Below are positions 57,084-64,000 of a stretch of 64,000 bases of DNA, one piece after another; position 1 is the stretch's first letter; each line of letters opens with the position of its first letter. Source of the DNA: an uncultured virus (IMG/VR IMGVR_UViG_3300036770_005354). Its lineage: Duplodnaviria > Heunggongvirae > Uroviricota > Caudoviricetes. Location: the IMG/VR virus record IMGVR_UViG_3300036770_005354, positions 1 to 64,000 of that record, one strand, 5' to 3'. The notes below the pieces were generated by a model. That model was not told the origin of the DNA and did not search any database. It saw nothing but the letters and a program-made list of their open reading frames with translations. A program made the translations under genes and the position numbers.

Positions 57084-58059
57084 ATGTTTTATTTTAGTTG
57101 ATACTGCTAATATCTTCTATAGAAATAGATATGGTATTAAAGCACCACTAGAAGAAAAGATGGCTCTTTGTGTAAACTCTATTTTTTATAGTATTAATAA
57201 AGCATGGAAAATGTTCAAAGCAACCCATGTTGTATTCTTCTTTGAAGGAAAAAGTTGGCGTAAAGACATTTATAAACAATATAAGCAAAACAGAGATAAG
57301 GGAGAGATGAGTCCCGATGAAGAGTTAGAAGAAAATCTATTTTGGGAAACATATGAATCTTTTAAGAAGTATGTTGCAGAAAATACCAATTGTACCACTC
57401 TTGAAAATTCTGTACTAGAAGCAGATGATTTAATCAGTGGGTGGATTGAAAAACACCCCGATGATAATCATGTTATTTGTTCATCAGATGAAGATTTTGC
57501 ACAATTAATTTCTAATAATGTCACCATATATAATGGTCTATCTGACACCACTATTAAAATTAATGGGTATTTTGATGATAAAAACAGACCTGTAATTGAT
57601 TCAAAAACAAAAAAAATTAAAGATCCACCAAATCCAGAATGGCTTTTATTTAAAAAATGCATTCGTGGAGACAAAAGCGATAATGTGTTTTCCGCTTACC
57701 CCGGTGTGAGAGAAAAAGGTTCAAAAAATAAAGCTGGATTAGTTCAAGTATTCGAAGATCGTCATACAAAAGGTTTTACATGGAATAACTTTATGTTACA
57801 AACGTGGATTGATCACGAGGGTGTCACACATACTGTAGGTAAAGATTATGAAAGAAACCTACTACTGTGTGGATTAAAAAATCAACCAGAAAATATCAAA
57901 AAAATCATCTCTGAAACAATCGATGAAGAGATTAGCCTTAATAAAAATATATCAATGGTTGGTGTTAGATTCTTAAAGTTTTGTGGGAAACATGAATTAC
58001 TAAAACTAGCAGAAAATCCAAATCCATATGTGGAAGTATTAAATGCAAAATACAATTAA
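57076..58059 (+). CDS. T4 RNase H-like 5'-3' exonuclease (FEN family)
   Basis: LVDTAN, SWRK, EADD, SSDEDF.QL, RGDKSDNV. Confidence 0.9.
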   Translation: MNKCFILVDTANIFYRNRYGIKAPLEEKMALCVNSIFYSINKAWKMFKATHVVFFFEGKSWRKDIYKQYKQNRDKGEMSPDEELEENLFWETYESFKKYVAENTNCTTLENSVLEADDLISGWIEKHPDDNHVICSSDEDFAQLISNNVTIYNGLSDTTIKINGYFDDKNRPVIDSKTKKIKDPPNPEWLLFKKCIRGDKSDNVFSAYPGVREKGSKNKAGLVQVFEDRHTKGFTWNNFMLQTWIDHEGVTHTVGKDYERNLLLCGLKNQPENIKKIISETIDEEISLNKNISMVGVRFLKFCGKHELLKLAENPNPYVEVLNAKYN

Positions 58060-58558
58060 TAATATAAAAATAGAAACAAAGGCCTTATTAAAAAATAAAG
58101 AATGGCTTTTATACCAAAATGAATATAAAATAGGCTCCATTTGTAAAGAAAAAAACAAATATTTTTTTCTAAAAAATGGCAAAAAAGTAGAAATTAAAAA
58201 TTTATTAGATTTTGAGAAAAATTTTGGTATTAAATTAGCATCTGACACAAAACTTCATCAATCTAAATACGATATCAAACAAATATATGGATATCCATGT
58301 AAAAATAAGCCAATAGCTCCAGTATATGATATAAAGAAAAAGCTACCATTATATCTAAAAAGAGCAAATAGTAAAAGTTATTACTGTGCAGGATATTATC
58401 TTATAAAGATAAAAAAGGGTTGGGTTAAAAATTATTGTCCAAAACTAATAACATTAGATAATAACTTATATCATGGACCATTTAAATCCGATTATGATTT
58501 AAAACAAAAATTAATTGAGTTAAACAATTATGAAAAGCATCAACACCTTGCCGATTGA
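58043..58558 (+). CDS. hypothetical protein
   Basis: basic ORF; SKSYYCAGYY...CPKLITL...GPFK. Confidence 0.75.
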   Translation: MQNTINNIKIETKALLKNKEWLLYQNEYKIGSICKEKNKYFFLKNGKKVEIKNLLDFEKNFGIKLASDTKLHQSKYDIKQIYGYPCKNKPIAPVYDIKKKLPLYLKRANSKSYYCAGYYLIKIKKGWVKNYCPKLITLDNNLYHGPFKSDYDLKQKLIELNNYEKHQHLAD

Positions 58559-58751
58559 AGATTTTCTAGATAAAGCAAGGGTTGCAATTCGTTCCAATCA
58601 GAAAAATTTAGTTCTTTCTTTAAAAGAAGTAAGCGATTTGCAAAATAGTTTATCTATAGTTATGACTAGATTAGCAGGAAATCTAGACAAACAGGTGTCC
58701 GAAAAAGCAAATGATAACATAACTGTAACATTTAATGGTGGTAAATTTTAA
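58530..58751 (+). CDS. hypothetical protein
   Basis: 73 aa, ends GGKF. Confidence 0.7.
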   Translation: MKSINTLPIEDFLDKARVAIRSNQKNLVLSLKEVSDLQNSLSIVMTRLAGNLDKQVSEKANDNITVTFNGGKF

Positions 58752-58787
58752 TAAATACTACGATAATTAATTTATTGGAGTATTATT

Positions 58788-59090
58788 GTGAGCCGCCCAA
58801 AACCAAAAGTTTTACTTGAACTAATAGATAAAAAAACTTTTAAACTAGAAGAAGTCCTAGAAGCAGAAGCTATTTGGGCTGTTTATTACAAAGATAAACC
58901 TATAAATATAAAAATTTCAAATTATCTGACTAATAAAATAAGTCCAAAATATAAAAAAATTTCTTTTTCAAACTCAGGGCATGCTTTTAATTTAGCTGAA
59001 AAACTTAATAAAGTATACAAGTGTAATGATTTTTCAGTATATAAATTGACTACTGGCGAAAAAGTTCATGAAATAAAATCAGAGGAATAA
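58788..59090 (+). CDS. conserved hypothetical protein
   Basis: TAAATA and GGAG upstream; MSRPKPKVLLE...KYKKISFSNSGHA. Confidence 0.75.
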   Translation: MSRPKPKVLLELIDKKTFKLEEVLEAEAIWAVYYKDKPINIKISNYLTNKISPKYKKISFSNSGHAFNLAEKLNKVYKCNDFSVYKLTTGEKVHEIKSEE

Positions 59091-59109
59091 AAATACAATA
59101 AATACAGCA

Positions 59110-59487
59110 ATGAATCAAAAGTTAGCTATAACTAAATTTATTATAGATCATTTGTCATTGCCCTCTGATGAAAAAAATTTTAAAAAATACTTATTTCTTT
59201 GGTGGAGAAGCATTAGAGTAAAAGATTCAGGTGGATTGGGTCTTTCTGAAGAAGGCTTTAATGCTCTATGCAAATGTGATATAAAAAAATATAAAATTAA
59301 TTTTCCAAAAAATATCATTTGCAACAACAATCTAATACTAATATTAGATCAAAATCTAAAATCCCCATATTTTATAACAAAAAACCATATTTACGTTTTT
59401 AATGAAACTACTGCAATACATCTAATTTTATTAGATGGCGATTTACACAAGTTTACAACACACGTAAAAAAGTTGCTTGATTCCTAA
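59110..59487 (+). CDS. hypothetical protein
   Basis: TAAATA 5 nt before the ATG. Confidence 0.7.
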   Translation: MNQKLAITKFIIDHLSLPSDEKNFKKYLFLWWRSIRVKDSGGLGLSEEGFNALCKCDIKKYKINFPKNIICNNNLILILDQNLKSPYFITKNHIYVFNETTAIHLILLDGDLHKFTTHVKKLLDS

Positions 59488-59505
59488 TCCTAGTAGTGCT
59501 ACAAT
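59477..59505 (+). promoter_or_regulatory. sigma70-type promoter
   Basis: TTGATT-17-TACAAT with extended TG. Confidence 0.65.
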
Positions 59506-59557
59506 AACCTTGTTGCACGACAACAATCCTTAACTAACTATTGAAAGAGAGTACATC

Positions 59558-60640
59558 ATGGCAGAAAAAAACATTGTTTCCCGCACCCTTGGCCCAAATG
59601 AAGCTAAAACAGCAATTACAAAGTGTATGAAAAGTAGCCGTCCTGTTTTTATGTGGGGGCCTCCTGGTATCGGTAAGAGTGATATCGTAAAGCAGATTGG
59701 CAACGAACAAAATCGTAAAGTAATCGATGTTCGTTTGTCTCTATGGGAACCAACTGATATCAAGGGAATTCCATATTATAATTCATTAAGCAATACTATG
59801 GCGTGGGCTCCACCACTTGAGTTTCCAACTGACCCTGAAGACAACAGCATCCTATTTCTTGACGAGCTAAATTCTGCTGCACCCGCTACCCAAGCTGCCG
59901 CATATCAGCTTATTCTGAATCGTAGAGTCGGAACATATGAACTTCCACGTAATGTAAGTATTATTGCAGCTGGAAATCGAGAAACAGATAAGGGTGTAAC
60001 TTATAGAATGCCTGCTCCTTTGGCAAACCGTTTTATTCATATTGAACTACGTGTTGATTATGATGATTGGCACAAGTGGGCTGTTACTAACAATGTCCAT
60101 GAACAAGTCGTGGGATATATTGGGTTTGCAAAACAAGATCTTTATGACTTTGATCCAAAGTCACCCAGCAAGAGCTTTGCAACACCCCGTTCATGGAGCT
60201 TCGTAAGTGAACTTCTAAACGATGATGATATTTCAGATAAAACACTAAATGATCTAGTGTCAGGTGCAGTAGGCGAAGGACTAGCTGTTAAGTTTATGGC
60301 TCACCGAAAGGTTGCTAAACAAATGCCAAATCCAGAACTAGTGCTTTCTGGTAAGATCAAAAAGTGTGATATCAAGGAAATTTCAGCAATGTATTCTTTG
60401 ACTATCAGCCTGTGTTATGAACTAAAGTCAGCTAACCTTAAAAAGGTTAAGAACTGGGATGAAATGGCCGATAATTTCTTTGGGTTCATGATGAAAAATT
60501 TCCCAACCGAGCTAGTAGTTATGGGGGCAAAAACTGCACTAAGTACTTACGAACTTCCATTCGACGCCGGTAAACTTACTAATTTTGATGAATTCCATTC
60601 AAAATACGGTAAGTTCATCGTCCAAGCAATGGAAAATTGA
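59558..60640 (+). CDS. MoxR-like AAA+ ATPase
   Basis: GPPGIGKS, LFLDELN, AAGN, LANRF, TPRSW. Confidence 0.9.
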   Translation: MAEKNIVSRTLGPNEAKTAITKCMKSSRPVFMWGPPGIGKSDIVKQIGNEQNRKVIDVRLSLWEPTDIKGIPYYNSLSNTMAWAPPLEFPTDPEDNSILFLDELNSAAPATQAAAYQLILNRRVGTYELPRNVSIIAAGNRETDKGVTYRMPAPLANRFIHIELRVDYDDWHKWAVTNNVHEQVVGYIGFAKQDLYDFDPKSPSKSFATPRSWSFVSELLNDDDISDKTLNDLVSGAVGEGLAVKFMAHRKVAKQMPNPELVLSGKIKKCDIKEISAMYSLTISLCYELKSANLKKVKNWDEMADNFFGFMMKNFPTELVVMGAKTALSTYELPFDAGKLTNFDEFHSKYGKFIVQAMEN

Positions 60641-60643
60641 TAC

Positions 60644-60662
60644 AAGGCCCGTAAGGGCCTTT
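60644..60662 (+). terminator. hairpin/terminator between the ATPase and VWA genes
   Basis: AAGGCCC-GTAA-GGGCCTT with a short T tail. Confidence 0.65.
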
Positions 60663-60687
60663 ATGCTTAAACTAATAAAGGATTAAT

Positions 60688-61941
60688 ATGACAGCTAAAA
60701 ATACTAGTACAAAGCAATCAAAAGATGATTGGTCAAAGAAGCAATTTTCAAATTCTGAAAAAAACAAGCTTGTTGAAAAGCTAACAACTGCACGTGTTGG
60801 TCTGCTATTAAAGCATCCATTTTTTGGTAATATGGCAACTCGTCTAACTTTAGTAGACGCCAGTGATTGGTGCACAACTTTAGCAACTGATGGTAGAAAA
60901 TTTTATTACAACAACGGTTTTGTTGACAAACTTAGTGCTAAAGAATGTGAGTTTGGATTTGCCCACGAAGTTCTACACAATGTATTTGATCATCTAGGAA
61001 GAAAAGAATCCCGTGATGCTATGTTAAGTAATGTAGCAGCAGATTATGCGGTAAATCAAATATTGGTTGATGAAAAGATTGGTGCTGTACCGAAATTCTT
61101 AAAAATTTTTCAAGATAACAAGTATCGCGATAAAAGTTTTGAAGAAATTTACGATGAACTTTTTTCAAAAGCAAAAAAGATTAATATTCAAGACCTAGGT
61201 GATATGTTTGATGAACATCTTGACGGAGATGATGGAAATGGTGATGAAAATAATGACCAGAATAATCCAAAAAAACCCCGTCTAACTAAAGAGGAAAGAG
61301 ATGCCATTCGTGAAGAAATTAAAGAAGCAATGATTTCTTCTGCACAAAGTGTAGGTGCTGGTAAAATTCCAGCAGGAATTCAAAGAATGATCAAGGATTT
61401 CACTGAACCAAAAATGGATTGGAGAGAATTACTTAGAATGAACATTCAAAGTATTCTAAAAAGCAATTTTAGTTTCAGTAGACCGAATAGAAAAAGTCAA
61501 CATAGTGGAGCAATTTTACCAGGTCTACTAAATGAAGATACAATTGATGTAAGTATCGCCATTGACATGAGTGGAAGTATTAGTGACACACAAGCCAAAG
61601 ATTTCCTATCTGAAATTAAAGGAATCATGGATGAATATCAAGATTTTAAAATTAAACTTTGGTGTTTTGATACCGCAGTCTATAACTATGAAACTTTTAC
61701 TTCCGATAATGCTGACGAAATTTTGTCTTATAAAGTAAAAGGCGGTGGTGGAACTGCATTTGAAGCTAACTGGAAATTTATGCAAGAGAATGATATTCAA
61801 CCCAAGAAATTTATTATGTTCACTGATGGATATCCGGGTGGAAGTTGGGGTGATGAGGATTATTGTGATACATTGTTTATTATCCACGGAAATGATTCTA
61901 TTGTTCCACCATTTGGCGAACATGCATATTATGATGAGTAA
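60688..61941 (+). CDS. HExxH metallopeptidase-like + VWA domain protein (DUF2201-like)
   Basis: ATDG, HEVLH, DMSGS (MIDAS), GGGT, FTDG. Confidence 0.9.
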   Translation: MTAKNTSTKQSKDDWSKKQFSNSEKNKLVEKLTTARVGLLLKHPFFGNMATRLTLVDASDWCTTLATDGRKFYYNNGFVDKLSAKECEFGFAHEVLHNVFDHLGRKESRDAMLSNVAADYAVNQILVDEKIGAVPKFLKIFQDNKYRDKSFEEIYDELFSKAKKINIQDLGDMFDEHLDGDDGNGDENNDQNNPKKPRLTKEERDAIREEIKEAMISSAQSVGAGKIPAGIQRMIKDFTEPKMDWRELLRMNIQSILKSNFSFSRPNRKSQHSGAILPGLLNEDTIDVSIAIDMSGSISDTQAKDFLSEIKGIMDEYQDFKIKLWCFDTAVYNYETFTSDNADEILSYKVKGGGGTAFEANWKFMQENDIQPKKFIMFTDGYPGGSWGDEDYCDTLFIIHGNDSIVPPFGEHAYYDE

Positions 61942-61943
61942 TC

Positions 61944-62225
61944 ATGTCATTGGCTAATGGAACAATTAATCCATTGAATGTGTTGGGTATAAGAAAAATA
62001 AATTTTATGCCCGACACTTTTCATAAAATTCAGATGCCAGAAAACTATATAACTACTGAATTTTTAGAACACTGGATTGAATATAACTTAAATAGTAGGT
62101 ATTCAATTACACGAATAACCGTATTAGATACATATGGTTTGTGCGAAAAAGTAGTAGTTGGATTCGAAGATGAAAAAGATTTAACAGTTTTTTGTATATC
62201 ATATCCAAATTTTTTGAAAGGCTAA
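61944..62225 (+). CDS. hypothetical protein
   Basis: NPLNVLG.R...WIE.NL..RY...VGFEDEKDLTVF. Confidence 0.7.
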   Translation: MSLANGTINPLNVLGIRKINFMPDTFHKIQMPENYITTEFLEHWIEYNLNSRYSITRITVLDTYGLCEKVVVGFEDEKDLTVFCISYPNFLKG

Positions 62226-62227
62226 AC

Positions 62228-62413
62228 ATGGAAAATACACAAGATCAACAACCAAACAATACGACAGAACTTTCTGTTTCCGATTTACAAGCACTAAAAA
62301 CATTAGTTGAAACTGCGGTTCGTAGAGGTGCATTCCAAGCAAATGAATTAACGGCTGTTGGAACAGTATACGACAGAGTTAACACATTTTTAAGCTCAAT
62401 TTCTACAAAATAA
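62228..62413 (+). CDS. hypothetical protein
   Basis: LSVSDL...RGAFQANEL..VG.VY. Confidence 0.7.
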   Translation: MENTQDQQPNNTTELSVSDLQALKTLVETAVRRGAFQANELTAVGTVYDRVNTFLSSISTK

Positions 62414-62424
62414 TAGGATAAACA

Positions 62425-63039
62425 ATGAAACACGTTGGAAAAATGAAAAATAATAACGCAAAAATAGTTATTGTTTATAGAACTTTACCGGGAGATCCAA
62501 ATAGTGCACTAGTAGTAGGAACATCTAATTTAGGTGATGCTTATCACAATGCATTAATGAATTTGATTCAAGATCCTAGCGGTCAACAAGCTAATGAATT
62601 TGCAGACATATTATCTGTAAGAAGTTTTCCAGATGGAAATAATATGTTAGCATGGTTACATAATCGTAATCAACTAAAAAAAGTACCAACTAGTGAAGTA
62701 TTGGTAACTCCTAATCCACAGACATCTGTACCATTAGATGAATTAAATAGATTAATTGCTGAACAAAAAGGTGTAAGCATTGAAGATTTGGCTATTTCTG
62801 AGGGTAAAAAGCAATCAGTAGCAGAAAAACAAACACAAGTAGTTGAATCCAGTAAAGTTACAGAAAAGGCTGCTATGACATTAACAGAAGACACATCTAT
62901 TGATATTTCAAAGTTGTCAGCTACTGAATTGAGGTCAAAAGCAGACGCATTGTTTAAACAGGCACAACAACTACGAAAAAAAGCTGAAGAACTTGATCCT
63001 ATAAAAAAAAGACAAAAAGTTGAAACGGTCAGTGAATGA
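62425..63039 (+). CDS. conserved hypothetical protein
   Basis: AGGA RBS; MKHVG...YRTLPGD. Confidence 0.8.
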   Translation: MKHVGKMKNNNAKIVIVYRTLPGDPNSALVVGTSNLGDAYHNALMNLIQDPSGQQANEFADILSVRSFPDGNNMLAWLHNRNQLKKVPTSEVLVTPNPQTSVPLDELNRLIAEQKGVSIEDLAISEGKKQSVAEKQTQVVESSKVTEKAAMTLTEDTSIDISKLSATELRSKADALFKQAQQLRKKAEELDPIKKRQKVETVSE

Positions 63040-63515
63040 TAAATTCAATAGTAGCAGTAGACAAACAATCTGGAATTGGATTTTTGGGAAAATTGCCATG
63101 GCCCCATTTAAAAAATGACATGAAATTTTTTAAATCACAAACTGAAAACAATTTTGTGATAATGGGGTCAACTACTTGGAGAAGCTTACCGAATAAACTG
63201 CCCAATAGAATCAATTGTGTGATTTCAAGATTCAAACATGACGCAGATTTATGCTTTTCAGCATTAGAAGCATCTATATTTTTTGCAAAAAAACATCACC
63301 CAGAAAAAGAAATATTCATAATTGGAGGGGAAAAACTCTATAATTCTAGTATGGATATTATAGATAATTTTTACGTTACTGAAATAGATCAATCTTTTGA
63401 TTGTGATAGGTTTTTTAATTTAGATTTTGTAAAAAATAATTACAAAAATACATCAATTATATCATCTCATATTGATAGTGATATATCTTACACTATAAAA
63501 AAATACTCAAAATGA
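63036..63515 (+). CDS. folA: dihydrofolate reductase
   Basis: GIG..GKLPW, DMKFF, IMG..TW.SL, LP.R.N, IIGG, CDRFF. Confidence 0.95.
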   Translation: MINSIVAVDKQSGIGFLGKLPWPHLKNDMKFFKSQTENNFVIMGSTTWRSLPNKLPNRINCVISRFKHDADLCFSALEASIFFAKKHHPEKEIFIIGGEKLYNSSMDIIDNFYVTEIDQSFDCDRFFNLDFVKNNYKNTSIISSHIDSDISYTIKKYSK

Positions 63516-64000
63516 ATCATCAAGAATATACTTATCTCAATGCGTTAGAAAATGTGTTATATAATGGAAATAATAGAAATGATCGTACTGGAGTTGGAAC
63601 TAAAAGTTTATTCGGGTTACAATTAACTTTTGATTTAAAAGAAGAATTTCCAGCAATTACTACCAAAAAACTAGCATGGAAAGCCATGGTTAGTGAACTT
63701 CTATGGTTTATAGAAGGAAGTAATGACGAATTTAGACTAAAAGAAATATTACACGGGGAAAGATATATTGATAAAAAAACAATATGGACTGATAATGCAC
63801 AAGCACCATATTGGGTCAATCGTAAACTTCAAAGACATCCTGGTGATTTAGGTAGAATTTATGGAGTTCAATGGAGACGTTGGCGCAAACCATTGATTAG
63901 AATCAATAAAGTTGTATTACAAAATCATGATCAACTTCTAGAATTAGTTGAAAATTTAAAAAATGATCCTTACAGTAGACGGCATATATTAACTGCATGG
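63512..64000 (+). CDS. thyA: thymidylate synthase (partial, runs off the window; absent from ORF track)
   Basis: DRTGVGT, FPAITTKK, ELLWF, DLGRIYGVQWR, P.SRRHI..AW. Confidence 0.95.
   Translation, partial: MNHQEYTYLNALENVLYNGNNRNDRTGVGTKSLFGLQLTFDLKEEFPAITTKKLAWKAMVSELLWFIEGSNDEFRLKEILHGERYIDKKTIWTDNAQAPYWVNRKLQRHPGDLGRIYGVQWRRWRKPLIRINKVVLQNHDQLLELVENLKNDPYSRRHILTAW

Noticed and set aside
1..64000. Stop-codon reassignment (TAG is rarely used as a stop)
   Set aside because: Long conserved genes (polymerase, ClpA, UvsE, clamp loader) are uninterrupted in the standard code; rare TAG use is expected in AT-rich DNA.
1..64000. Bacterial chromosome origin, suggested by clpP, clpA, dnaJ, dps, phoH, folA, thyA
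   Set aside because: These genes are interspersed with a T4-like polymerase, clamp loader, fibre, lysis genes and dense small hypothetical ORFs, with no bacterial operon context.

Overview
AT-rich, gene-dense fragment of a large (probably jumbo) tailed dsDNA phage, read in the standard genetic code and almost entirely on the + strand. It carries T4-like replication genes (family B polymerase, clamp loader, putative clamp, RNase H-like nuclease, DHFR, thymidylate synthase, dCMP deaminase). It also carries a chaperone/protease set (ClpP, ClpA, DnaJ, GroES-like, YccA/BI-1), two RNA ligases, UvsE, PhoH, Dps, a lysis cassette, an Ig-fold structural protein, a Gly-X-Gln collagen-like fibre with an S74-type chaperone, and a MoxR-AAA/VWA pair. 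Many near-consensus sigma70 promoters and TAAATA late-promoter-like boxes are visible. The most striking feature is a promoter-led array (19097-23188) of 15 short, mutually dissimilar ORFs plus one deleted relic. They share a C-terminal F-x-L-R/K-W-S motif whose DNA (TTGAGGTGGTCATGA) doubles as Shine-Dalgarno, stop and next start, which suggests a shufflable cassette array. Other notable items are a five-copy paralogue array with a hypervariable 12-nt repeat core, a GIY-YIG gene with a structured leader flanked by convergent late-promoter boxes, an intein in a small non-replication protein, and a cluster of ORFs with capsid-targeting-like N-termini. All functional calls come from motif recognition by eye; no database searches were run. 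No tRNA, rRNA or CRISPR array was recognised.
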